A DNA stretch of 64,000 nt from Hyphochytrium catenoides (lineage: Eukaryota; Protista; Hyphochytriomycota): contig FLMG01002184.1 of NCBI GenBank assembly GCA_900088475.1, positions 1 through 64,000 of the forward strand, given 5' to 3'. The position numbers and the translations under genes are program-made. Under the pieces are notes generated by a model. It was not told the DNA's origin, did not search any database, and saw only the letters and a list, made by a program, of their open reading frames with translations. Position 1 is the first letter of the stretch, and each line of letters begins with the position of its first letter. This document shows positions 27,401 through 38,680 of the stretch, piece after piece.

Positions 27401-29255
27401 TGAAACTTTGGGGTCGTGCTAAGATTTGATCTGTATCTAGTGGGAGTACGGAACGAGTCTTCCTCTGCCCGTTCCGGCTCTTGCCTTCTTGTCGCCTCCT
27501 TGCACGCTGTAGGTTCCTACTTCAGCCTCCTTGCGAACGTACAGACTAAAAAAAACTCTGCCACCGTGTCATCCCTATAAAAACCACCGCATTTACCCCT
27601 TTAGCCCAAGGCAACTCCATCTTCGGAGTTAAGAACACGGCCACAACGCAGCAATTTGTTCGAGGATGAGAGTGAGGAAGGTTCAGATGCTGGCGACCTC
27701 TTCGGTAGCTCAGCCCCAACATCCCGACAAAGGTGTGTGCAATTGGTGAAGCTCCTTCCGTGTCCTCTTTTACTGCCTGCTTGGTTGACTTGACTGTGTT
27801 CCAGTAGGTACCACCTTATACGCCCTCAGTGTCTTCCCCTCTCTCCGTGAGTCTGCTACCTGTTATTCCCATCTTCTCGTCCGGACCAAGAAGCTAACAA
27901 TGTCGGCTTCGGGCAGCTCTTTCCGTCGTCAGCCTTCCACAGATAAGGCTTTATTTGGGACCAGCGATAGTGAAAGTGAGAGAGGCCTTTCTCCCTCTCA
28001 AGCCTCTGAAACCCCAAGATCTAATCTCAACCAAGCTCAGAGGCCGCTCAACGTGCCTCGTCCACTCTCTGCGGCAGAGGAGGACAGCGACGAGGAGTCG
28101 ACTGACGATAACCTGTTTGGTTCTGGCCCTGTGACACCATCACCAGGCCCCGGATTGGCAAGGCAGCGGTCAGCCCTTTCGCAGCCAACCTCTACGCCGA
28201 AACCAGCGGAGACCTCCACACCCATTTCTCATCGAGCTTCATCGTCCTTGTTTGGTGAGGGGGAGACGGATGATGAGACATCTCTTTTCTCCTCCTCCTT
28301 TGTCGGCGGTACACCGTCGCAACCCAGCCGTGATGTCACTCGCTCGGTCACATCTTCATCGGCAGGGCTCTTTGGTGGTGAAAGTGATGAGGAACCATCC
28401 AAACCTCCGGTTCGTCTTCCTCCTGGGGCGCAGCCAGTTTTACCTATAGCCACAAGGCCCATAGCAACGCCTACAGGGGCTTCTGTGGCCTCCACCACCC
28501 CAGCTACGGCGCAGACCCGATCGGCCAGCACAGCGAGCTCGCTTTTCAGTGATGATGAGGACTTATTTGGTCGGCCCAGTGCAAAGACAATCAGTGGATC
28601 TATTGGGCCAGTGTCCACGTCAATAGCAGCCAATAATGCGGTTCAGAGTGCAGAAGAAAGTGAGGATGATGACGATGATCTTTTCGCAAGCCGAAGCTCC
28701 CAACCAGCGGCACCCAGCTTCTCGCACTCTCTCTTCTCCGATAACACAAGTCCGTCTATTAGCCAGAGTCCCTTTGCCACAGAATCGAGGCGGCCAATGC
28801 CTGGAGCTGTCTCTGTCCTACCTACTCAAGCGAAGCTCAATGCAGCTCCCGCGGCTATTAATCCCCCAGCAAGCAGGACTTCTCTCTTCTCCCGGGCTTC
28901 AAACGCAAGCTCTGCTGCAGATGACGATTGGAGTGACTCTGAGAGTGGACTCTTCGGCGAATCCAAGCCAATGACAGCAGTAGCACCGCCAAAACCTGCT
29001 GCGGCCCCTTCCTCGACCGTACAAGCAGCTGCATCAGCACAAATCCCTGCTCCTGCTAGATCCCCGTCACTCTTCGCCTCAGACTCTGAACAGGACCTAT
29101 TTGGGACAACGTCGAGGTCTCCAGCTCAGTCAGAGGCCAAACCCTCGACATCAGCGGCTCCTTCTGTTAGCGCGAAGCCTGCCGCTGTTCCCCCTCCTAC
29201 GCGGCGGCCTGCGTACGATTCGGACGAAGAGTCTGAGGGCGGTCTGTTTGGCTGA
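24454..29255 (+). CDS. WASHC2: WASH complex subunit FAM21/WASHC2 homologue
   Basis: Head motifs WTLASDRD|LLFYLKKFS, VQNVTNEFLMLSNTQFIEN|RVYEEE and RPLPYVIGTREFLEDDTLGL. Disordered tail with many L-F-acidic (LFa) motifs (SLFSDDED, GLFGGESDEE, SLFASDSE, NLFEDESEE). Confidence 0.9.
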
Positions 29256-29392
29256 AGGAAGGACAGAGAAACAAGGTTCTGACAACCCTAAAGGATACGC
29301 CCGAGTAAGAGAGCAGCATAATACGGTAGTACTTCTTTGGCAACTAAAGAATAACACGTTAAGATATATTTTTGACGAGCTGCTGCACTGTC

Positions 29393-29932
29393 CTAGCTAT
29401 GAAGGATAACTTCAGCTTTAGCTGTATCGATTCTTGAGCTATTCACAGGGACAGCGTAGGCCATCGTTACACCCACAGAGTTTGGCGGGTGGACTCTCGA
29501 CCCGATGTGCCGAAGTTCCAGTCCAAACATAGAGAACATACGCGTGTTGGCCCTTGAACAGTGCATGCACTGCTCCTGGGGAGGCAGAACGGACGAGAGG
29601 TAGGTGCTAAGGAACTTATTCAGCCAGCTGCGAAGCAATGCGCGCCGTTCTTCTACAGCTTTGTGGCTGGCATTTCGGACTCGGGGCTTGGGGAAGGGCT
29701 CCTTAAGGATGACGTCTCTCATGGGTGCGCACTGCCGGCAAGAAGTGGAAGAGAGGAGCAGAACTGAGCTCCAAAAGCTGGACTTCCAGTCTTCAATCTC
29801 CCAGAAGGTCCTCTTGATGTGCCAGCGATATCCGAACGTATCCTCGAGAGTGAGAGTGTAGATATGATCCGCATAATCCACCGCCGTGATCGTTACAGTC
29901 GGCTGCTCTGTCTGTTGATCCGAGCTCTGCAT
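29393..29932 (-). CDS. Small intronless PX (Phox homology)-like domain protein
   Basis: YTLTLEDTFGYRWHIKRTFWEI ... EPFPKPR ... VEERRALLRSWLNKFL follows the PX layout (beta strands, RRY-equivalent, FP-x-K loop, EERR helix). Confidence 0.6.
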   Translation of the reverse strand: MQSSDQQTEQPTVTITAVDYADHIYTLTLEDTFGYRWHIKRTFWEIEDWKSSFWSSVLLLSSTSCRQCAPMRDVILKEPFPKPRVRNASHKAVEERRALLRSWLNKFLSTYLSSVLPPQEQCMHCSRANTRMFSMFGLELRHIGSRVHPPNSVGVTMAYAVPVNSSRIDTAKAEVILHS

Positions 29933-32886
29933 TGTGTCGTGAAACAGCTTGGTACTTAGGGAGGCTGACTCTTCTTTATCTGTGGGCAGTATTATGGGAT
30001 GTGGGTCTTAGAGTTCTGACAGCTAATCTACAAGTGAACGATAGTGTGATAATAGAGGGAAAGAGCCCGCAAAAGGAAGTACACTAGCAGCTTTCGTAGT
30101 GCTTTCCAGATGACGCAGACTTCTCTTCTTGATGTTGCTCTCGCAAGGCAAGGAGGATGCAAATGAGAGTGGAAGTAGGCGCGAGGGGAGGAACCTGGAT
30201 CTGCTCTGTAGGATGGAGCATCAAGCTTGCTGCTTGACAAGGAAAGAAGGATAGAGCAAGGGATAGAGAAAATATTGGACGACGAGACAGAGCTGGGAAG
30301 AGGTGGAACATTTCGTCATACATCATAAGGCTAACTGAGTGAAGATGAGGGACAGAGAGAGAGAGGAGAAAGACCCATTCCTTAGCGCTGAGAAGAAGAG
30401 CAACAGGAGCTTCCTTGAGGCTGTTCTTATTCTCTCCTCTGTGCCACATTCATCCCTTCCTCACCATGATGAACTGTAGCAGACGCATCAACTGCCTAGA
30501 GAGAGAGAGCAAGGAGCCCACCAGCCGTGCTGTCCGCCCTCTCCTCGTTCTTCAGTATTTAAGTTCCATTATTGCTGCCTCCTCTCTTCCCTCCTTGCCA
30601 AGAACTATTCTGAGGGATAAACTCTAGAAGGGGGAACTAAAGGGGGCTGACCCGCTCATTCAAGCCGCTAACGGGAGAATAGTAGGACAGACCAGAATCT
30701 GGATCATACAGTCCCTTTATTGTAAAATGTCGACTGCTTATACGGAGTACGTAGTAATATAAGGGCGGGGTGATGATGTGATGATGATGCGGCGGTGTCT
30801 TTCTGTGCCTGGTTCGCTTGTCCATGCTGCCACTTGTTCAACATGTCTTTGACGACCTTCTTTTCATAGTTCCTTAGCCACGTCCTCGATCTGCTGGTTC
30901 TGCCCATTAAAGCCGGGCAAGCAAGAAAGAGCTGCGACTAAAAAAAGCCATATCCTCGATAGTGCAGATAATAAGGAGCTCCCTAAACGTCACCATCCTC
31001 GCCACTTACAGCACAGGTCGCCACTTAGCCCTCGCTCCTCTCCAGCTGGGACTTCTCGGGATCTAGAGCTTGAGCTATCAATGGTTCCCTCCTGGCTCCT
31101 CCTCGCCGCGCAATTCACCTTTTAGCACACACAGGACCGACGTTCGGCTGCTGGCTGCAGCCTGGGTACCCGTTATTATAGACCGAGTCACGGTGGCGGA
31201 TAGCTAGTTGTTGACGATATTGCAGGGCTCTTTGAAGGGGTGTGGCTCGAAGAAGGAGAAGGAGGCTCAGAAACAGACCAATAAAGTCAGCAGCGCAGAG
31301 TTACAGCAGGCAACAATAGCTCAATAGTAGGTGGTAGAAGTTGCGGGTGGTTCGCCTAAGACACCTTGCATCAGTGGCACATGGTATTATAGGACATGGT
31401 CCGGCTTCCAACAAGGGATCGGGGAACAGTCAATCATAGAAAAGCAGGCGTAGAGGATCCTACTGATAAGACTCCTGAAAAGAAGATGCCCCCGTTGTTG
31501 AAGAAAAGATGGATAGAATATCTCCATTTGCAGTTCAAAGGGGCACCATCAAGGGACCGATGAGGAGTCATTATTGCTGAAAGGACTTAGAAAGGCGCTA
31601 ATAAAAAAGAAACAACGGAGAGACGCAGGTGTTTCATCAAAGATCTTTAGACTAGTTGCGCCGCATATGACAAGTCTTTTTTCTCTGCTTCTTCTACTTT
31701 CCAGTCTGTGGAAGGAGGAGGTTGGGGTCGATAACAGAAAGTTTATGGTACCTTGATCATCATCACGCGGCAGCAAGTGAGCAGCAGTAGATGCCATCGA
31801 GCGAGCTATGTTATCAAGATTTCCTCCTCGTGCATCCACAACCTCATAACTGTACCACTCGCGTACTCTCCTGAGGCCCTATGCAAGACCTCTATCGCCC
31901 GGCAGCGCCAGCAGCAGAAAACCAATCCGTCTGACCAGCTAGTGCCACGATCTACGATATCATCAATCGAGTAGATTTCCTAGCAGCATTATCCTTCAAG
32001 ATTCTTGGTCTTCTTATTTCTCAACAAGTGGGTATGGTACGTAAAGTACGCACTCGTAAAGCAATAGCTTCATAGCTTCCTAATAGCCACAGTTTCACGC
32101 TAAACGACCCTGGATGAGCTGCAGGACTGGAATCTTGAACGGCAAGGTAATCCTGTGAGGTCGATCCGCACCCTTGGAGACTGCGTAGATCCCACCGCAC
32201 ACCAAGTGCTGTTGTTCCCATTAAGAGAAGCTAGCGGGTAGTATCTACTGCTTACAATAAGAGCACAGTCTGTGTAAGTAGAAAGGGAAGGAGCATGAGC
32301 GCCTTCCATCATCGGACGTCTCTTCGTGGACTTCGCCTCTCTCTTCAGTCAAACTCCTGATTGATGTGTAATCAAGCGTTCTAAGGGGTCGCTTCCTTGC
32401 TCTTGCCTGCAGGCAACCCGGCTCCCGAGCTTCCTAGCGGTTACTTCTCTCGCCCCATTGCCTAGTACTGCTCTGCAATTTCTTTTTCTGCTTCAGAATG
32501 CTTCAAGCTCCCCTCACGTTTTCTGACGTGAGTAGATGTGACCCCTCTGCTTTGTCAAACGAGAAACCTAGTCCAAGTAGGATGCCCATGCTACATTTGT
32601 CTGAGGTATACAGGAGAAGGGCTGCCGCATACCTAGAGCTAGAGACACTGCTACCTGTGTGCCTAGAAGAGGAAGTCACAACGAGTACAGCCCAACGCAG
32701 CAGCACTTGAGATAGAAGGATAGAGATGAGACTGGGCAGTAAGATGGGGATATGTCGTGACTGGGGACAGATTGGTCGCATTCACCCAGCTACATGGTCA
32801 AACCTGGCCCTGCGTATGGACTAGTAACACAGTTGGGTTCATTCTTCAAGTCATTTAACTATATCATTCTCTAAGTAGCCAGGGTT

Positions 32887-33836
32887 CTACGAATAGTATG
32901 GGTGGAACCTCCCACCTCGTCCTCGGTGGCCACGGCCCCTACCGCGGCCGCGGGCTCTGAAGGCTCCACCTCTTCCCCTGCCGCGCGGTAACTGGAATCT
33001 GGGAACGTTCTGTCTTTTAGGAACAACCTGCATAAGGATCAAGGTAAGGATGTGAGACTGCAATAGAGATCTCCAAAGATCTGGCTTACCTTCAGCTTTC
33101 GCCCACGGAATAACGTATCGTTGAGAAGAATAGCGTTTTCAGCGGACTCCTTGTCCGCAAACTCGATGTAGGCATGCCTGAGTACACGTAATCAGACACT
33201 TTACCTTCCAAAGCCTCTGAAGGCAGTGGTTATTAGCTTACCCCTTAGGTTTTCCTGTGAACTTGTCACAAAGGATGGTGATCCGATTTATGGTTCCGCA
33301 AGTCTGGAAGAGTGCCTGGAGTTCTTCTAAGGTCGCGTCATAGTCCACCTGACCGTCGTATGCCAGCTTAGGCGGGATGTCCTTCGTTGTCAAGCAAGCG
33401 GCAAATGAAGTTACAGCTTACCTGGCCCACAAACACGGAGCACTCGTCGATATTCCCGCCCGCAGGCACAGGGAGAGCGCTTCCCATCTGTTTTTCAACC
33501 TGATTCTGCATCTCACTGATTTTGGCAGCTTCTTCCTCCATTTCTTGGACCTTCCGCTTCATTTCCTCAATCTCTGCATCCACTGACGTTGTATGTTCTT
33601 CCTCCGCATGACCCTCACCATCGTCCAGCTCAGCCTCGAGTTTGGCTGCAACCTTAGGATCAAGCTCATCATCTTCCTCCTGCCAGAAAGATATGTTATT
33701 CGGTTGGGATACCACGACCATGTACTAGCAACTTTAAGGCAGGCAGGCACTACGAATGATAGCACACTAGAGACGAAGGCCATCCCTGGCTGCTGCAAAG
33801 TACCTGGTGCTCGGTCTCTAACTCCTTATCGCTCAT
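32887..33836 (-). CDS. PABPN1: Nuclear poly(A)-binding protein 2 (coiled coil, RRM, RG-rich tail)
   Basis: [25 protein letters not shown]|[43 protein letters not shown]|[13 protein letters not shown] repeats ending FHPYYS*. Confidence 0.93.
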
Positions 33837-34829
33837 ACTTCACAAAGGTGGGCGAAGAAGTCGCCTGGCCTAGCCTTCGCACTGATTAGCCTCCCAACTT
33901 CTTTATCGATCCACTTAAGGCCACCCGTGTAGGGCTGGCAGAAGCACTTGTATGCGTTTGGCCCCCACAGAGTTTTGAATGAAGTGAGAAGATGGATATC
34001 CACACCGAATACTGGGAAGACTGCTGACAGCGGGCTTCAAATCTCTCATAAGCTTCTCCCTTTCTATCCGTGGCGGGCAGGAGCAGGAAGCAAGCATCAG
34101 GGTGCCTGTCTGCAATGTTGCCTCTTTCTCATCATCATCTTCCTTTGTTTTCTTCCATCAGGGGCGGCGGGTTCTGTGCATTTACAAGGAGTGGAGTCAT
34201 GGGCGGTGGGCGGTCAGGAACAACAGCCATTACCTCCGTGAGGATTCTGAATATAGAGTCATGGTACAGAATAACCGACCTTGCAAGAAGGTAAGGATTA
34301 AGAATCAAGAAGAATACTCGCTGCTAACGGGTATCTGATGCGGTATTTTCGTGTGCTTATATTCGGGGCTCAGAGCTCCCCGGCTGAGGACTCCGAAGAT
34401 CTGTCCTTTCTGAAGATTATTGACAAGATCGAGAACTTCCAGGAGAGGTCGTATGGCCACTCGGGATTGTAAGCTGTTCTCACCATGGTGAAGGACCTGC
34501 AGGGATAGCGCATCCCGTATTAAGAGTACAAGCGCTGCTATCACGGCAGGTGCCGCGAGCAAAGGCTGTGCTTGTGCTGCAGAGATCACAGCATACAGAG
34601 GCGAGGTTTATGCCCTTCTGATCACTGTTGTCGCGGTCAGTAGGTTGAATGTATCTAGTCTTCATGGCTAGCTGGGAATCGTACTGGTAATGGTTTTAGT
34701 GTGCGATACGCGGATATCGTGGAACGTAGTCGTATGGTTGAAGACTTCAAGAAAGGAGAGGCCACATACAGCCAAGTCAAACGATCTAGAAGCTTGTCGT
34801 CCAACGATGATGACTCTCAGTTACGACCC

Positions 34830-36080
34830 ATGATAAGTAAAAAGGATGGCCTCTTAAATGTCCTATGTACTAGTGTAGAGTTAGGATTGGATATTACGTG
34901 CTACTGGGACGCCACAGATTTTGCAAGCGTCTTGCGCGTAGCGAAAGTCTATCGGCCAGTCATCCTGCGTGCAGTTGACCTCCGTCGACAGGACATTTCT
35001 TATGGAAAGGTGCCAGGAGGTGTAAGATGCCAGAACCAAGTCGACAGTGAACTATTCCCTCGACTGAAGTTCGTGAATGAAGCTCAGGTAGTTGCATAGC
35101 TGTCGTGTAAGGGTTTAGATTGCCAACATCATGCACTCACGAGTCGCAAAACAGTTCAGCCAAGAATACCCTCTTGTGACACTTGTTAATGTACATCTAG
35201 GTGAAAGTGAAGGGTAATCTTTGCCCTCTTTCGATGTTTGAGCGTGAACCAAGCCCGATATGCCGATGTGATTGCGACGGAGACTGTCTCCAGGAACTTG
35301 GTTGTCCTTGTATCCGTCTCAGTTCAAAACCCGATGCCAACAATATCCTGCCGTATGAAGGCCTGCGCCTTATCCTACCGCGAAGCCCCAAAGATCCTCC
35401 CATCATAGAGTGTGGTCCTCTCTGCTCCTGCCGGCCTGAATTTTGGTAAGAGCTATCTCTTCCACATACAACTTCCATTCCCTTGGGCCTTACCACAAGG
35501 CAAATAATGCAGTCACCATAGGGTGACGCAGCAGCCCTTCGACCAATTGCCCAAACTAATCGTCCAGCGGCATCGAAAGAAAGGTTGGGCAGTGAACGCA
35601 GGGGAGAAAATTATGAAGGGCACTTTTGTCTGCACCTATACAGGGGAAATAGTGTCTGCCGCTGAGTACAATCGCCGCCGCGACGTACAGCGGCAAAATA
35701 ATAAACCTAACTACCTCCTTATGCTCCGAGAGCACATTCCAGGTAATCATGCACCGTTATCGGGTTTGGTTGAGATAGTCGCTCAACAACAATGCCTTTT
35801 GCCTCTAGCTGCAGGCAAGACTGTGAGGACAATCTTAGACGCAACAGTGGTAGGTAATATTGGCCGCTTCATCAACCACTCTTGCGAGCCAAACCTAGTC
35901 CTGGAACCCGTCAGATCGGAATCCTTTGTTCCAAGACTATCTTTTTTCGCTGCACGGGACATTCAATCAGGTGAAGAGCTGACTTTTGACTACGATAGTT
36001 CTGCGGGCGCAGGGCGACGAGCACTGAGTAGTACTAGGTGTCATTGCGGATCGTCAATATGCCGAGGCTACATTCCCTGA
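34830..36080 (+). CDS. Histone lysine methyltransferase, SETMAR/SUVR3-like (pre-SET, SET, post-SET); 5' end uncertain
   Basis: DISYG..VRCQNQVD, CRCDCDGDC..CPC, IIECGPLCSC, KGWAV..FVCTYTGE, YLLMLREH, DATVVGNIGRFINHSCEPNL, GEELTFDY, CHCGSSICRGYIP. Confidence 0.88.
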
Positions 36081-36179
36081 GAAGGATAATAATCAAGTAA
36101 AGTAAAGGCCTATTAGCATCATCATCGCGTTTATTATGGTGGGTTACTTCCCAGTGGCGAATCCTTTCTAAGGATTGCC

Positions 36180-37340
36180 TTAGTCCTGCTTCATCATGGA
36201 CTCATAGAAGGCCTTTCCTGCAGCCTTGTGCTGCTTGCGCTCCTTCTTAAGAGCACGTCTCCTAGCAAGTACATCCTCCTTCTTGGCCTTTCTCTGAGCC
36301 TGAGCCTTTACCTCAGCACGGCGAGCAGCCAGCGCGTAAGGGTTGAGCTTGACCATAACACCGAAGTTCTTCAGAGGGTTCTTCTTCTGCACACGGCGGG
36401 TCTTGGAAACCTTGGCTGGGCGCACAACGGACTGAATTTCATCAGAGTTGATAAGACGAGCCAAGTCGGCGTTGTGCATAACGTGGCGAGGCAAGGTGTA
36501 GTCCGCCTTCAGAGCAGCCTTGGCGTTGTAAGTGCCGTAAAGCTCATCCAAGCGGCTGAAGGCGCTCTTGGTCCAGACAACGAAACGTCCAAGGTGGCCA
36601 CCAGGAGCAAGCTGAAGCAGGTTGAGGCGGTCGACGTGGCAGAGCTCTACACCAGGAAGGTTTCTGAAGGCCTTCTCAATGCCGCCTGCCTCACGGTACA
36701 CCACAAGAGGCCCACGGCGCTGGACGTATCTACGGTTACGCATCTTACCCTTACCAGGGCGAAGCTTCTTTGAGGCCCTAGCCTTGTCTACATCAGCAGC
36801 AGCACCGAACTTCTTGAGTACCTCGTAGGCCTGCTTGGTCTTCTGGATGGTCTGAACGCTGTCGTCGAGGACCAGAGGGATCTCAGTGACCTGCTCAATG
36901 CGGTGCCCACGGCCAAGAACAAGCGCAGGAAGAGCGGAAGCTGCCAGGGCAGATGCAACGGCAAATCTGCGCTGGTTCACGTTCACCTTCTTGTGCCACT
37001 TACGCCAGATCTTGGTGGGAGCGAACATACGGCCGCCACGGCACATGTTACCGAAGGCACCCTGTCCGGAGCGCTGGGTACCGCCTCCCTGGACACGAGG
37101 AATACGAGAGACAGCACGACCAGTACCCCATGACTCAGCGGAGGTCTGGTGGCCAGCGATTCTGGAGACAGCATATGGCTGGCGCTTGTTCTTGGCAATG
37201 TTGGTGTGAACGAAGCGCACTACATCTGGACGGATGGGAGCCGTGAAGACAGTTGGTAGAGGCACCTGAGAGACAACACGGCCCTCATTGGAGGCGTCGT
37301 AGACAGACACGACGGGTCTGGCAGCAGCGACAGCGGCCAT
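36180..37340 (-). CDS. RPL4: 60S ribosomal protein L4 (uL4), intronless
   Basis: [67 protein letters not shown]. The true start is MAAVAAARP at 37340; the ORF-track extension to 37496 lies upstream of it. Confidence 0.98.
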   Translation of the reverse strand: MAAVAAARPVVSVYDASNEGRVVSQVPLPTVFTAPIRPDVVRFVHTNIAKNKRQPYAVSRIAGHQTSAESWGTGRAVSRIPRVQGGGTQRSGQGAFGNMCRGGRMFAPTKIWRKWHKKVNVNQRRFAVASALAASALPALVLGRGHRIEQVTEIPLVLDDSVQTIQKTKQAYEVLKKFGAAADVDKARASKKLRPGKGKMRNRRYVQRRGPLVVYREAGGIEKAFRNLPGVELCHVDRLNLLQLAPGGHLGRFVVWTKSAFSRLDELYGTYNAKAALKADYTLPRHVMHNADLARLINSDEIQSVVRPAKVSKTRRVQKKNPLKNFGVMVKLNPYALAARRAEVKAQAQRKAKKEDVLARRRALKKERKQHKAAGKAFYESMMKQD

Positions 37341-37362
37341 TTTTATAGAGAAGAAGAGAGAG
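37341..37362 (-). promoter_or_regulatory. Pyrimidine tract and AAAA immediately upstream of the RPL4 ATG (TOP-like leader or 5'-UTR element)
   Basis: Minus strand reads ...tctctctcttcttctctataaaaATG; function is inferred only. Confidence 0.3.
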
Positions 37363-38254
37363 ATGTTAAGAGGATTGCGATGATGCGAAATGAAGATGCA
37401 GCGGATGAAGCTTCTTCGTAGGTCTCGAGCTGCAGATTTCAGCGGCCGTGGTCCGCCGATGTTTATGTTGGCGCGCGGTGGAGTGGCTCTGAACAAGGGA
37501 GGACTCTGCGTATTACTACACTAGTCCCCAGCATCAAAATGTTAGTTTAACTGGTTCTGTAGGCGGTATTATTTTCATGGAGGTATCCCATACTACTGAC
37601 CAATGGTCAAGAAGACGGTGGGTGGGTTGAGGTTCGCGGTAGACTCATAACAGGGGTGGGTATGCTGCAAAGACCTCCCGGTCACCCATGGCCCTAGAAT
37701 CAGCCGTCTTCAGATCAGTAAGTGATAATCAACGTAAAGCATTCCATTGGTCTGATCCTGCTCCTATGAACAGACATTGCACAGGGTTGAGGGTCGAGCT
37801 CGTTGGTCAAGGACGAAGAGAGAGATTTCCAGATAGAGTGCAGAACTCTTGACCAACCAGCCAACCAGCTATGCTGGTGCCGGGTAGTGAGCATCAGGGG
37901 TAGGGAATGCGTAGCGGGATACTTGTAGGTTACGGTCACTGCCTGATGCATGTGCAAACCTTGGTGGGGATGAGTGCCTTCGTGCTCGTGTCGAGTCGAA
38001 GAGTGAAGCTAGGATGAGCTACATTGGGTCTGAGGTTATTTGCAGTGAGGAAGACGGCTTTCTAGATGAATAGGTTTCCAGGCAAGCAGGTGGTGCAAGC
38101 TGTTGCTCAGGGAGGGGAGTGTAGATGAGTACTTGAAGAAAACTGCTTAAGGCCAGTGCAAATTGGTCAGTTTGAGTTCGTGCTCATGCGATCATGTGTC
38201 TGACTACACAGGGTAATCTCGCAACAGAATACAAGTGTTATTTGATCGCACAGA

Positions 38255-38355
38255 CAGAGACTGGACCTAGTGATAGTGGCAGTTGTTATCTTCCAATGTC
38301 TGCCAGAGACTGGACCTAGTGATAGTGGCAGTTGTTATCTTCCAATGTCTGCCAG
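38255..38355. repeat. Perfect 49-bp tandem duplication
   Basis: cagagactggacctagtgatagtggcagttgttatcttccaatgtctgc at 38255-38303 and 38304-38352, followed by a further cag. Confidence 0.95.
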
Positions 38356-38680
38356 CGATCAACATCTGCTTTCAGAGAGAGTGCTGCCGCTATTGAAAGA
38401 AGTTTGCTCTCAAGAAGAGTGTAGAGCTCTGGAAATAGAAGAACCATGGAGTGCCAAACCCTTTAAGAGACACAATGTATCTATGGAGCCTGCTAAGGTG
38501 CTACCTGCTGCCCTTCCACAAAGTTCAAAGAGCTAGAGATCAGCCTTACAGAGCCCAACCCTATTCCCAAATAGATTAAATAATCCCTCCAAGGCAAACA
38601 GCTTGCAGGTACGAAGGCTTCCTCGATCATCTCCCAGGAGTCAGGAGGACGTTTTCTTTTGAAGCGGAGCCATACATATT

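Noticed and set aside
36228-37246. Long plus-strand ORFs opposite RPL4 (and similar shadows opposite PK, FAM21, Spinster and hAT)
   Set aside because: Antisense shadows caused by codon bias of the real genes.
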